This document shows, piece by piece, positions 1 to 8,938 of a DNA stretch of 64,000 nucleotides. Below the pieces are notes generated by a model that ran no database searches, was not told the origin of the DNA, and worked only from the letters and a program-made list of their open reading frames with translations. The stretch spans positions 248,001 through 312,000 of IMG/VR virus record IMGVR_UViG_3300028800_000001; one strand, written 5' to 3'. Numbering within the stretch: the stretch's first letter is position 1; every line of letters starts with the position of its first letter. A program made the translations under genes and the position numbers.

Positions 1-46
1 GCAAGCAAAGATCACCATCAGGCAAGAAAATGCCAAAGTAAAAACC

Positions 47-1285
47 GTGGAGGAAGGTGTTGCAACCCTCTGGCAGCAGTTTCTTGATGGTGATCTTATT
101 CTTGATCCTGATTTCCAGCGAGAATTTGTGTGGGATCGCAAAAAGAGCAGTCTTTTTATTGATTCGCTTGTTTCTGGTTATCCCACACAATCACTCTACT
201 TTTCTCGTGAGGCTGACAACCGGCGCATTGTGATTGATGGACGCCAGCGGCTCACAGCACTCTTCAACTACCTGAGTAAGGTGTGGAGTCCAGATGGCTC
301 TGTCTTCCGTCTCTCACGTGATCTGGATGACAGTAGGTTGCGTGGACGTGCTTTTGATCAATTGGACGGCGTCACAGCGCGTGCCATTATGGGCGCATCA
401 CTTGCGGTCTCAACGGTAGATGAGCCACTACGACCAGATATTAAGCGTATCATCTTTATGCGGCTCAATGATAAGCCAACGCCACTTGACCCACAGCAAT
501 TCCGCAATGCCTTGTACTATGGGCCATTTATGCACTTTGTGCGTGATCTGACCAAATTTGAGAAGTTTCGTGAACTGGCACATCCTAGTCGTAAAACCAA
601 AGAGTCACAATATCAGGAGATGATCTTGCGCTTCCTGGCACTGGACACGCATGATGTCAATTCGTTTCGTGGCTCACTGCGTGACCTCTTAGATGCCACT
701 TGCCAAACCTATCAACATGAGAAGCAACAGGAGATTTATGATACCATGCGTGGCCGCTTTCAAGAGGCTGTCTTGCGCAATGAAGTGCTCTTTGGTGATC
801 AGACCTTCACGCGCTTCAATCTGGGAAAGCGGCTGGTCAATCCCAATGGATTTTGGACAAGCAAATTTATTAACAAAAACATTTATGAACTCATGATGTG
901 GGGCGTCTTGCGTATTCAGGAAGAAGAGTTTTTGCTGTACCGTGACTCTCTTCGAGAGAGCATACTGCATTTCTTTGCCACCAATCAAATGATCAAAATC
1001 CACCTGGAGGGTGGACACAGCAATGGTAAGAATGCAGCCGTCAAGGAACGCTTTGCTTTGTTTCAGGCACGCCTGAACGCCACACTACAACAGATGCGTG
1101 AGGTGAATGAACCATTTACGTATGAGTGGAAATGGAGCCAGTTTCATTTGACAGATCGTTGTGCTGTCTGCGACAAGCCAATCTTGGAGCGTGACGATTC
1201 AGCCGTCTATGAGCACAGTGATTACTGGGCAGAACGTCCAAAAGAAAAAGTGAACTTTGCGCACCGCTGTTGTGTCAACTACTAA
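47..1285 (+). CDS. DUF262 (GmrS/ParB-Srx-like) protein with C-terminal degenerate HNH-like Cys/His motif; probably 5'-partial
   Basis: PDFQREFVW, IDSLVSGYP, VIDGRQRLTAL, IFMRLN motifs; C-terminal CAVCDKPI...EH...NFAHRCC; frame is open back to the window edge. Confidence 0.85.
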   Translation: MEEGVATLWQQFLDGDLILDPDFQREFVWDRKKSSLFIDSLVSGYPTQSLYFSREADNRRIVIDGRQRLTALFNYLSKVWSPDGSVFRLSRDLDDSRLRGRAFDQLDGVTARAIMGASLAVSTVDEPLRPDIKRIIFMRLNDKPTPLDPQQFRNALYYGPFMHFVRDLTKFEKFRELAHPSRKTKESQYQEMILRFLALDTHDVNSFRGSLRDLLDATCQTYQHEKQQEIYDTMRGRFQEAVLRNEVLFGDQTFTRFNLGKRLVNPNGFWTSKFINKNIYELMMWGVLRIQEEEFLLYRDSLRESILHFFATNQMIKIHLEGGHSNGKNAAVKERFALFQARLNATLQQMREVNEPFTYEWKWSQFHLTDRCAVCDKPILERDDSAVYEHSDYWAERPKEKVNFAHRCCVNY

Positions 1286-1292
1286 AAAACAC

Positions 1293-1314
1293 GGGAATCT
1301 GGGAATCTGGGAAT
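1293..1314 (+). repeat. Triple 8-bp direct repeat GGGAATnT, copy 1 of 3
   Basis: GGGAATCT GGGAATCT GGGAAT; same unit at 14104-14125 and 51936-51957. Confidence 0.7.
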
Positions 1315-1501
1315 GATGATTCCCGCAAAAAAGGGAAAAGACGATGTGGAATCCATTTAAGAAGAAAAAAGAGAAACCATTTGTGCCCATTATTGAACGG
1401 GGGCTTATGCCTGGACGGTATCCAACGAAGGTACCACCACTCAAAGCCATCACGGGAACCGTTGGTCAGCCTCGTCCTAATCGACATCTTTTGGAGGACT
1501 A

Positions 1502-1888
1502 GTGGAACATCAGTTTGAGCCATATAAAGAGGTTTATTATCAGTGTGCGCGCTGTCACTTGATTGTGCGCACCACAAACTTTACAGGGGGCAATGCCTTT
1601 GTGCAGGAGCTTGCTGTGTGTCAGGAGCAGCCTGTCTATCAGACCATTCCGAAAGAGCTTGCCAATAAATCCTGGTTTACAAAGCAGGCGCTAGAAACCA
1701 CCGCAGAAATTGTGGGCTACTATGTCAATCCTACACATGTGCGACCTGCTTTTATTGGGCTCTATCCAAAGAACACAGCGCGCCCCAAAGCAAAGAAGCG
1801 TCCAACTGATGCAACCTATCGTCGTGCTGCACGTGCTGTTGGCATAGTGATTAAAGATGAGGAGAAGAAATCATGGGGAAAAAGCTAG
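1502..1888 (+). CDS. hypothetical protein (CxxC, basic C-terminus)
   Basis: GGAGG SD before GTG start; 128 aa; overlaps next gene. Confidence 0.55.
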   Translation: MEHQFEPYKEVYYQCARCHLIVRTTNFTGGNAFVQELAVCQEQPVYQTIPKELANKSWFTKQALETTAEIVGYYVNPTHVRPAFIGLYPKNTARPKAKKRPTDATYRRAARAVGIVIKDEEKKSWGKS

Positions 1889-2427
1889 CCTTTCTTTTCC
1901 TGCTACTTCTTCTGCTTGCAGGGTGTGGAAGTGTGCAAGCATCTGCTTCACCAAAAGCCATCACATTTCCAAAGGACACACCACACTTTGCAGGGCCACT
2001 GTATTACTTTTCACAGCACTACGGTGTACCCAACAATCACAGTGATCCGAAGAGCAATACGTTTGCCTTTGGGCGCTACGCAGGCACACAAAAAGATGCA
2101 GTGGTGCTACGCACCGCAGGAGATAATCCACAGGTCAGTGCACAGCATGTCTTCTATCTAGTGTTGTACTCGTATCAGGTTGGTTGGGCAAGAACGCAGG
2201 CATTGAACATCTGTAGGGCACTCTTACCGTCTGATGCACATCCACTTCGTCACTTTGCCTATTCATGGAATAGCAATTTTGAAGAAATGTATACCTCTGC
2301 TTCACTTAAACCATTGTTTCCAAATTATGACTATTCAGGGGCCGCACCAGGAACCATCTCCATCTATTATGTCTTGCGCGATGATGGTAGTGTGGATCGG
2401 TGTTTGTTCCTTTTAGGAGTGGAGTGA
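1873..2427 (+). CDS. putative lipoprotein
   Basis: MGKK + hydrophobic stretch + LAGC lipobox; GGAG SD. Confidence 0.75.
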   Translation: MGKKLAFLFLLLLLLAGCGSVQASASPKAITFPKDTPHFAGPLYYFSQHYGVPNNHSDPKSNTFAFGRYAGTQKDAVVLRTAGDNPQVSAQHVFYLVLYSYQVGWARTQALNICRALLPSDAHPLRHFAYSWNSNFEEMYTSASLKPLFPNYDYSGAAPGTISIYYVLRDDGSVDRCLFLLGVE

Positions 2428-2550
2428 GGAAAGGACAGACGAGCGATCATAGCCAGAGATAACGTTGAAACAGTCCAGCGTGCTAGCGAGAGTTCGTCCC
2501 TTCCTCACGGCTTCCAATGTGCATCTTCTCAGTGCACTCTTGTCAACCTG
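2424..2550 (-). ncRNA. candidate small RNA (divergent unit of sRNA cluster)
   Basis: Minus-strand TG-G-TATACT at 2564-2556, short GTGCA hairpin, then 12-bp stem GTGAGGAAGGGA/TCCTTTCCTCAC; no credible ORF. Confidence 0.35.
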
Positions 2551-2578
2551 GAAAAAGTATACCATAAAAAGAGGTATG

Positions 2579-2637
2579 AATTAATTAATTTTTAAAAAAG
2601 AATTTCTTGCGCAAGAAGAAAAAATAATTAATTAATT
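2579..2637. promoter_or_regulatory. paired AATTAATT motif, copy 1 of 6
   Basis: Two AATTAATT blocks about 43 bp apart between divergent sRNA promoters. Confidence 0.55.
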
Positions 2638-2699
2638 TCACTCTCTACCCATTTTTCCTAGTTGCTGGAGTCTTTTCGCAAAGCTGTGCTACAGTGATC

Positions 2700-2839
2700 A
2701 GGCAGTAGTCGGTTGAAAAACCGAGGGAAAAGGCAGTGCAAAGAGTTATCTCTTTAGGGAGGAAAGAAGTCAGCTTTGGTGAGCGTTTCGCTGGGCTTCT
2801 TTTTGAAGAGGTATCACCACTCTTTGCATTGCCTTTTTT
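2700..2839 (+). ncRNA. candidate small RNA unit 1
   Basis: Extended -10 TGCTACAGT 2687-2695; GAAA-tetraloop hairpin 2709-2724; 19-bp basal stem 2728-2746/2819-2837 with further inner stems; U tract. Confidence 0.6.
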
Positions 2840-2862
2840 CTGAAAATCTGCTATACTTTTTA

Positions 2863-2963
2863 TGCGGTATCCTCTTTCTATAGGATCGCACTCAAGCAGA
2901 AATGGAACCTTGCTTTCTTTCCCAGGCGACAAGGAAAGGGAGCGCGTAAGAGGTTCCATTTTT
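2863..2963 (+). ncRNA. candidate small RNA unit 2
   Basis: TTGCCT-17-TATACT (2829-2857); 5' hairpin 2863-2890; long bulged hairpin 2900-2961 with G-U pairs on + strand; U tract. Confidence 0.6.
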
Positions 2964-2989
2964 GTTGTGCTTTTTGCTATGCTAGAGAG

Positions 2990-3061
2990 GTAGTGTGAAA
3001 GCAGCAGGGGGCAAGTGGCATTCGGTATGCGTCGGAAGTACTTGTCTTGTGCTGCTTTCTT
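2990..3061 (+). ncRNA. candidate small RNA unit 3
   Basis: Extended -10 TGCTATGCT 2975-2983; stems 2997-3006/3050-3059 and 3008-3016/3040-3048. Confidence 0.5.
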
Positions 3062-3094
3062 GACAGTATTTTTCCCTCCATGCTACACTTGGCT

Positions 3095-3201
3095 GTGTAG
3101 TGGAAACGCTATGCTTTGGTTTTCAAGAAAGAGGAAAGATACCTTCTTCCACAGAAAATTGGGTACTGTGTGCGTTTTTCTGTCGGTATCTTTCCTCTTT
3201 T
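3095..3201 (+). ncRNA. candidate small RNA unit 4
   Basis: TTGACA-18-TACACT with TG extension (3060-3089); GAAA-tetraloop hairpin 3095-3114; perfect 16-bp stem 3128-3143/3185-3200 plus inner 8-bp stem. Confidence 0.6.
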
Positions 3202-3205
3202 CCCA

Positions 3206-4141
3206 TTACAGCGGCCAGAGCTGTGCATTCGTAAAGGTAACGGTTGCAGCGACATTGCCAGGGGTAAGCTGCATTCCTACAAAGCCATGACTACTCTCTG
3301 TATCGGTATAGGTGCCCAGGTCATGCCCATTGAGCTGCACTGTGATTGTTGCATCAACGACGCGCACGTTGAGCACATTTGCCATTCCACGTAAAAAGTA
3401 GGGGGATGCACCAGGGCTTCGATAGAGATAATCGGTTGCAGAGTTGAGTGACCAGCCACCACTCTGGTTAAAGGACAATTGATAGCCTGCATCCACATCA
3501 TTGACACGAAAGAGCAGTCCAACCCCTGATTGTCCATCAGTTACCCCTTGTTGAATAGTCATGGTGACTTGATACACAAAATTGTGAAAATCGCCAGCAG
3601 CGCTCTCAGTATTGCAGCCAATTCCCTGCGTCTTTGCTACAGCAGTGAGGGTATACGCTCCCTGATGAAAATCACAGGAACCACTTTTGACACTATTTTG
3701 TCCTGTATCCCAGCTATAGGTTTGCCCATTATTCGCAAAAAGATCAATGGGCGTGCCTATAACAGGAGGAATGGTAGGTGCTGTAGTGGGATGAGGTGTT
3801 GCCGGAGGCAGAGTAGAAAGAGCCGTGGGTGCTGTCTCACTACTGCGGTGTGAATAGAAGTAATTATAGCCGCCAAGTCCTAAAGAGGCCAGCAATAACA
3901 GAGTGCCAATGAGTTGCAAGCCAATCTCTTTACTTTTCAGGATGAAAGTAAATGCATTCTTATTTATTTGCAAAATTGAGAGTGGAACAGCAACGAGTGC
4001 CAGCAAAAAAGCCATAAGCGCTGTGATCAGGTCTACTTTGGCAACAATGCCAATTACTCCAGCAATCAGGGAAGCTGCAAAGAGGAGAATACCAAACCAC
4101 TGTAAGAGAAGGACGCTTTTTCTCACAGGAGGAGGTGCCAT
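3206..4141 (-). CDS. membrane protein with Pro/Thr linker and extracellular DUF1080/LamG-like beta-sandwich domain
   Basis: 3 TM segments, PT-rich linker, NFVYQVTMTI/GVGLLFR/VQLNGHDLG/GFVGM pattern; start moved to ATG 4141 (AAGGAG SD). Confidence 0.65.
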   Translation of the reverse strand: MAPPPVRKSVLLLQWFGILLFAASLIAGVIGIVAKVDLITALMAFLLALVAVPLSILQINKNAFTFILKSKEIGLQLIGTLLLLASLGLGGYNYFYSHRSSETAPTALSTLPPATPHPTTAPTIPPVIGTPIDLFANNGQTYSWDTGQNSVKSGSCDFHQGAYTLTAVAKTQGIGCNTESAAGDFHNFVYQVTMTIQQGVTDGQSGVGLLFRVNDVDAGYQLSFNQSGGWSLNSATDYLYRSPGASPYFLRGMANVLNVRVVDATITVQLNGHDLGTYTDTESSHGFVGMQLTPGNVAATVTFTNAQLWPL

Positions 4142-4448
4142 AGTGTGCTCCTTATCTATAGGGGCCGCACCTACACCAAAAAAGATGCTTGCATCTTCAG
4201 AATGCCTTTGTAGACGCATTGAGAAGGGTAAGGGACATATTTGCCAGAAAAAGCCCTATCAACATACGTCTCACGCAGCGCGCCCTCAGATTTGCTTCTC
4301 CTTGGCAAAGGTTTTGTGATGAACATTTCTTTTCTAGTGCTTGTACGAAATATTTGTGCACTCTGTTGCATTTTTACCAAAAGGTCCGGTGGAACGTCCT
4401 TCTTGTATGCGCAATACCAAGACAAAAGAAAGAAATGAGGAAAAAAGA

Positions 4449-4880
4449 ATGCATGCATGTTGTTATCGAGTTGTTGGAGCTCTGATCTGGCAGGGAGACC
4501 GGCTACTCATGTTTGAACGTAATACGCCTCCAAAGGGCATAGCCTGTCCGGCTGGACATATGGATACTGCACTCTCACCGTATGCAGCCATGTGTAAAGA
4601 AGTGTATGAAGAGGTAGGGCTCACAGTCACCAGTGCTAAGCTGCTTTTACATCCGATTCATCTGTTGCCACCGTGTCGCCGCCAACAGGCAGCACAAGAG
4701 AATTATGGACATCTCTGGTTTGTCTATCAGGCAGAGGTGGAGGACTATGAAGTGAAACATAGTGAGCGAGAAGCCCAAAACCCACAGTGGTACACCGTAG
4801 AGGAAATACGTGAGCTTGCTCGTGCTGGTCGCCTTGAGGCTGATTGGGTCAGCATCTTTACCAAACTCTTCTTGCTCTGA
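4449..4880 (+). CDS. NUDIX hydrolase
   Basis: PAGHMD...AMCKEVYEEVGL Nudix box. Confidence 0.85.
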   Translation: MHACCYRVVGALIWQGDRLLMFERNTPPKGIACPAGHMDTALSPYAAMCKEVYEEVGLTVTSAKLLLHPIHLLPPCRRQQAAQENYGHLWFVYQAEVEDYEVKHSEREAQNPQWYTVEEIRELARAGRLEADWVSIFTKLFLL

Positions 4881-4899
4881 AAATAACAAGAAAAAAGTC

Positions 4900-4928
4900 T
4901 TGTCCTTCTCCTTTTTCTGGTCTATACT
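4900..4928 (+). promoter_or_regulatory. sigma70-type promoter
   Basis: TTGTCC-17-TATACT upstream of AAGGAG SD and ATG 4951. Confidence 0.65.
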
Positions 4929-4950
4929 TGCAAGAAAAAGGAGAAGTTCT

Positions 4951-5499
4951 ATGACGCTTATCTCTATCTCTTTGAGCATAACCTCTTTCAAGTATCATGA
5001 GATCACCATACGCTGCGATGCCTCAATGACACTGACGCAACAGGAATATATTCGCCGCGCCTTTGGCGTCTATCATTTACTTGCGGGGCCACTGCATGAC
5101 CTCAAAACATATCAGGCAAGAGTGCTACATGCAACGAGTCAAGACCTTTGCCCCATAGAACTACTTTCATTTTCTCCTAGCACAAAAGTAGTGGCACTTT
5201 TTGGACAAAGAATGTCTCTCTTTGACGGTTTTGTCTATAAAAATATTCGTGCAAGCACGATGGATTTGACGGTTTCCTTCCCCTCTCAGGTAAAGCAACC
5301 ACTCAATGAAGCAAAGCGCTGGTTGCAGGCAAAGAGCCGTGGAGAGGTCTTGCTTGCAGCGTGTAATTTGGCACTCTATCTTTCAGATCTCAAGCAGGAA
5401 TATTCAACACTCATTATTCGAGAGCGTGCTACAAATACACTGGTGAGTGCAGTACACCTGGATTCGCTGCTCAGTTTTCCACTTGAAAGTTACTTGTAG
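4951..5499 (+). CDS. tandem paralog 1 of 3; putative double ribbon-helix-helix-like protein
   Basis: EYIRRAFGVYHLLAGPL, WLQAKSRGEVLLAACN, LDSLLSF shared with the next two genes. Confidence 0.6.
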   Translation: MTLISISLSITSFKYHEITIRCDASMTLTQQEYIRRAFGVYHLLAGPLHDLKTYQARVLHATSQDLCPIELLSFSPSTKVVALFGQRMSLFDGFVYKNIRASTMDLTVSFPSQVKQPLNEAKRWLQAKSRGEVLLAACNLALYLSDLKQEYSTLIIRERATNTLVSAVHLDSLLSFPLESYL

Positions 5500-5512
5500 A
5501 AAGAGAAAAAGA

Positions 5513-6070
5513 ATGAATTTTAAAAGTTCTGCTACACATATGTATGTGACATCACAGAAATATTCTGAAATAAATTTGGCCTCAGTCTCAAAAGCAAATG
5601 GCATTTTTACTCCAGAAGAGTATATTCGGCGTGCCTTTGGTACCTATCATTTCTTCGCAGGGCCACTGCAAGACTCTGACAGCTACATTGGACGATTGTA
5701 TCATGCCAGAAGTGGGACAGGTTATCCACTTGAGATGATGATATATGGCAATGATAAAAGAGTATTGATTTTTCGAGATCACGTCATGGATCTTTTAGAG
5801 GGAGAGGCAGGCAAGATTGGTGCAGGCAATATACAAGTGCCTGTTTCTTTGCCGAAAGGAGCAAGGCAGCTTTTAAGTAAGGAGCAAAATTGGCTGGAGG
5901 TCAATAGTTATGGAGAGGTATTGCTTGCAGCCTGCAACTTTGTGTACTATCTTACGCTCTTTAAAGATGATTACACTGCCCTTACCATTCAAGATAAATT
6001 GCTTGGAAGAATCTGGTATGCAATGCGCCTGGACTCGCTCTTCACGTTGTCGCTTAATGAGTATGTGTAG
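5513..6070 (+). CDS. tandem paralog 2 of 3
   Basis: EYIRRAFGTYHFFAGPL, WLEVNSYGEVLLAACNF, LDSLFTL. Confidence 0.6.
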   Translation: MNFKSSATHMYVTSQKYSEINLASVSKANGIFTPEEYIRRAFGTYHFFAGPLQDSDSYIGRLYHARSGTGYPLEMMIYGNDKRVLIFRDHVMDLLEGEAGKIGAGNIQVPVSLPKGARQLLSKEQNWLEVNSYGEVLLAACNFVYYLTLFKDDYTALTIQDKLLGRIWYAMRLDSLFTLSLNEYV

Positions 6071-6084
6071 GAAAGAAGGAATCA

Positions 6085-6630
6085 ATGGCACGTAAAACAG
6101 GAGTGTTTCACATTGACCTCTATACCACACAACTCAAACGCCAGGAGATAGCACTGCTAGCAGGAACCTATCAGATTACCATTGGTGAACTGATACGCCG
6201 CTCCTTGACGCTCTACCGGTTGCTGGCAGCACCCTTGCAAGCAGAGACGTATCGTGGTGGCCTGCGTAGCAATCTGAGCATGATTACCTTTCCATTAGTA
6301 CTCAAGAAGATGCCAAGCGAGATTCATGTGGCCTCTTTTCGTGGTGCTCAGGGTGTGCTCTTAAATGGAGAAATGCAGGCAAAAAGGCATGGAGGTGTGC
6401 ACATTGATATTGTCTTTACCGAGAACGCCAAGCAAGACATTGATGAAGAGAAGCCCTGGTTAGGGGTGGACACCCGTGGAAAAGTCTTGCTCGCTGCCTT
6501 TAATTTTGCTCAGTTTTTGCGCTCCCATGCCCATGATTATGACATTTTGAAAATCGAAGAAGAGTACAGTGGAGAAACCGTAACGCTGCTTCGCATGGAT
6601 TCTCTGCTCTCTTTTTCTGAATATTCATAG
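6085..6630 (+). CDS. tandem paralog 3 of 3
   Basis: ELIRRSLTLYRLLAAPL, WLGVDTRGKVLLAAFNF, MDSLLSF. Confidence 0.6.
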   Translation: MARKTGVFHIDLYTTQLKRQEIALLAGTYQITIGELIRRSLTLYRLLAAPLQAETYRGGLRSNLSMITFPLVLKKMPSEIHVASFRGAQGVLLNGEMQAKRHGGVHIDIVFTENAKQDIDEEKPWLGVDTRGKVLLAAFNFAQFLRSHAHDYDILKIEEEYSGETVTLLRMDSLLSFSEYS

Positions 6631-6639
6631 AAGAAATGC

Positions 6640-6668
6640 TTGTCTTTTCTCCTGCATTAGGGTATACT
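6640..6668 (+). promoter_or_regulatory. sigma70-type promoter
   Basis: TTGTCT-17-TATACT, then TTCAAGGAGA SD. Confidence 0.7.
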
Positions 6669-6704
6669 TAGGGTAAGAAAGAAATATTCAAGGAGAAAAG
6701 AAGC

Positions 6705-6956
6705 ATGAAATTACAACACAAAAATACTCAAAAACACATTTTTATCTCGAAAGCAAAATTCGAGCGAGACGGCTATCGTATGGGCAAGACCTTGCGTCAC
6801 GGTCATCCTGGTCTCAATGAGCGCCAAGCACGCATCATTGCGGCAGCACTCACTGCAAATTACATCAAAGGTGTTGATCCGCGCTTCCACTGCAACGGTG
6901 GACATAAGTTGGGCTTCTTCCTGGGTGTGCTGCTCGGATACGGCTATTACGTGTAA
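6705..6956 (+). CDS. hypothetical protein
   Basis: Own promoter, AAGGAG SD and downstream terminator. Confidence 0.65.
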   Translation: MKLQHKNTQKHIFISKAKFERDGYRMGKTLRHGHPGLNERQARIIAAALTANYIKGVDPRFHCNGGHKLGFFLGVLLGYGYYV

Positions 6957-6971
6957 CCACTATGCCGCTTT

Positions 6972-7000
6972 ACCGTTTTCACGGTAGAACGGTTTTTTTT
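6972..7000 (+). terminator. intrinsic terminator
   Basis: ACCGTTTT/AGAACGGT stem followed by T-run. Confidence 0.65.
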
Positions 7001-7036
7001 ATTGAAGAAGATTTTCAAGAAAGAAGAAAAAGAATA

Positions 7037-7339
7037 ATGTCAAAAAGGATTGATATGATTCAGTGGTGTCTGAGCAATGCGCCCAAAGGCACACGCATCC
7101 TCTCAGTGGCTCACGCCCCACAAAAAGATACCTACACGGTCATCCTGGTGCGCCTCTTTAACGGCGAGGTCTACTATACTGAAATGAACAGCATTTTAGC
7201 TGCAATGGGTATTGGACAACTCAATGCAGTAGGGCAGCTCTTTTACGTGTGTAGTGGCGATAGTGCTTCTTCTCTTGCAAGAGAGCTTGGCACCGCCGTC
7301 TGGAATGATGAAAATGCTTATCAGTCGCATCAGGTATAG
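7037..7339 (+). CDS. hypothetical protein, paralog of 7349-7681
   Basis: APKGTRI, YTVILVR, MNSILAAMGIGQL, LGTAVW. Confidence 0.6.
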   Translation: MSKRIDMIQWCLSNAPKGTRILSVAHAPQKDTYTVILVRLFNGEVYYTEMNSILAAMGIGQLNAVGQLFYVCSGDSASSLARELGTAVWNDENAYQSHQV

Positions 7340-7348
7340 GAGAGGATC

Positions 7349-7681
7349 ATGGAAATAGCAAAAACGCTGGCACTGGACTTTTGTCATGTCAGTGCCCCCA
7401 AAGGGGCAACACTCTTTTGTATCTATCATCACAGTCTGGAACCCAATTGCTTTTGTGAAGAAAAGAGCTACACGGTGACGGTGCTGGTGGCACGCATGAT
7501 AAAGGGTGCGATTTATCACTGCAATATCAATGCAGTGCTTGCAGCATTGAACATTGGACGGCTGGACAAACAGGGCCACCTTGTTTACAGGGCAAAAGGT
7601 TCTGTGATTACAGATATTGCTAGCCGTCTTGGTGCACTGGTCTGGGACGATATAGATGCGTACCGAACAACACAGATTTAG
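7349..7681 (+). CDS. hypothetical protein, paralog of 7037-7339
   Basis: APKGATL, YTVTVLV, INAVLAALNIGRL, LGALVW; GAGG SD. Confidence 0.6.
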   Translation: MEIAKTLALDFCHVSAPKGATLFCIYHHSLEPNCFCEEKSYTVTVLVARMIKGAIYHCNINAVLAALNIGRLDKQGHLVYRAKGSVITDIASRLGALVWDDIDAYRTTQI

Positions 7682-7943
7682 GAGCATAGCTTTGGAAGAA
7701 TTATACATAATTTACCACAGTTGGATGCTGGCTACACAGGCCATAGAAGATTTGCTTGCTGATGCACTACGTGACTTTCTTGATGCACGCATCTCTAGCA
7801 AAATGGAAATAAAGCAGGAAAGAGCAGAGCAGTGTTTTTTAGCACCATTTGATGAAATCATCGCGCTTTTGGAAACACAGCAAAAGAAGATTGCCAAACA
7901 GTGTGCAGTTTCCTGGGAACGCTATAGTAAAGGAGAAAAATAA
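7656..7943 (+). CDS. small helical hypothetical protein (start uncertain)
   Basis: Fills gap in a co-oriented run; stop overlaps next ATG. Confidence 0.45.
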   Translation: MRTEQHRFRSIALEELYIIYHSWMLATQAIEDLLADALRDFLDARISSKMEIKQERAEQCFLAPFDEIIALLETQQKKIAKQCAVSWERYSKGEK

Positions 7944-8254
7944 TGCAAGAGATTTTTGATCTCTATGAAAAATGGAATGCAATGTTGCATAAGTATGAGG
8001 CAACACGCCAAAGAGCAGTGACAAATCGTCAGGAATGCTTGCAAATGGTTGAGACGGAATTTGCACCGCTCTCACAAGAAGAAAGAAATGCCATAGCGAA
8101 GCTCCTCCTGGTTGATATCAATACTACCATTCAAGAACTTGACCAACACATCCAAGACCTTCAGACGATCCGTGATGAAGCCTGGGAAGATTGCCAAAAG
8201 GCAATTATTATCCATGAAAAGTTTTCAGCGCTTCGAGAAGCAGGAAATATATAA
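7943..8254 (+). CDS. small coiled-coil hypothetical protein
   Basis: AAGGAG SD, TAATG coupling. Confidence 0.6.
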   Translation: MQEIFDLYEKWNAMLHKYEATRQRAVTNRQECLQMVETEFAPLSQEERNAIAKLLLVDINTTIQELDQHIQDLQTIRDEAWEDCQKAIIIHEKFSALREAGNI

Positions 8255-8544
8255 TGGCAACCACTGAAAAAAGTGCAGAACTGTATCGTATCTTTCTTGA
8301 GTCACAGCAGCAAATCAAGCGTGCAGAGGCCGCACTTGAGGCACTGAAAAAGGCACATGATCGTATTGCAAGGCGCGCAAGTGGTTCTTTGAAATCACTA
8401 CCACGCGAAGAGCGGTTGCGTTATCGCACCATTGCTCTTGGGCCACTAGAAGAATTGCTTGATGAACAGCGTGATCTGCTTGCAAACTTGCGAAAAGATT
8501 CTGATATCGCCTGGGACAACTATGAGCAAGAACACCTTCGATAA
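8254..8544 (+). CDS. small coiled-coil hypothetical protein
   Basis: TAATG coupling; heptad pattern. Confidence 0.6.
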   Translation: MATTEKSAELYRIFLESQQQIKRAEAALEALKKAHDRIARRASGSLKSLPREERLRYRTIALGPLEELLDEQRDLLANLRKDSDIAWDNYEQEHLR

Positions 8545-8611
8545 GTATCTGACGAAAAGACTGCTTGCTCTCACACAAGAGGGCAGGAAAACACCAGTAA
8601 GGAGAATACCA

Positions 8612-8938
8612 ATGGATTTCACACAAGAAAAGCGGCGCGTTGAGCTGCTTGAGCAGACCTATAATCGCCTGTGCCAGGAACGCTGTGATGTAACGAAGTT
8701 ATTAGAGGGGCTGGACCATGATCGAACACAGCTCATTGCAGAACGGCGTCTAAGCGGTACGGCTGAAGAGCTGCGCAAAGCACTGCACAGCATGTTGTTC
8801 CAGAATACTGCACAAATCATCGCTACCAATGAACTCTATGATCTGGTAGACAGTGAGGCAACTGCGGCCTATCAAATTTACAGTGAGGCTGAAAGCAAAC
8901 TACGTGCAAAGAAGAAAGCAGCCGGAAATGCCAACTGA
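8612..8938 (+). CDS. small coiled-coil hypothetical protein
   Basis: AAGGAG SD before ATG 8612. Confidence 0.55.
   Translation: MDFTQEKRRVELLEQTYNRLCQERCDVTKLLEGLDHDRTQLIAERRLSGTAEELRKALHSMLFQNTAQIIATNELYDLVDSEATAAYQIYSEAESKLRAKKKAAGNAN

Noticed and set aside
2687-3201. CRISPR array or tRNA cluster
   Set aside because: Units share no repeated sequence and show no cloverleaf or TTCG/CCA signatures.
2645-3394. ORFs 2645-2959(-), 3015-3290(+), 3116-3394(+)
   Set aside because: No convincing SD or protein-like motifs; region is better explained by promoter and hairpin units.
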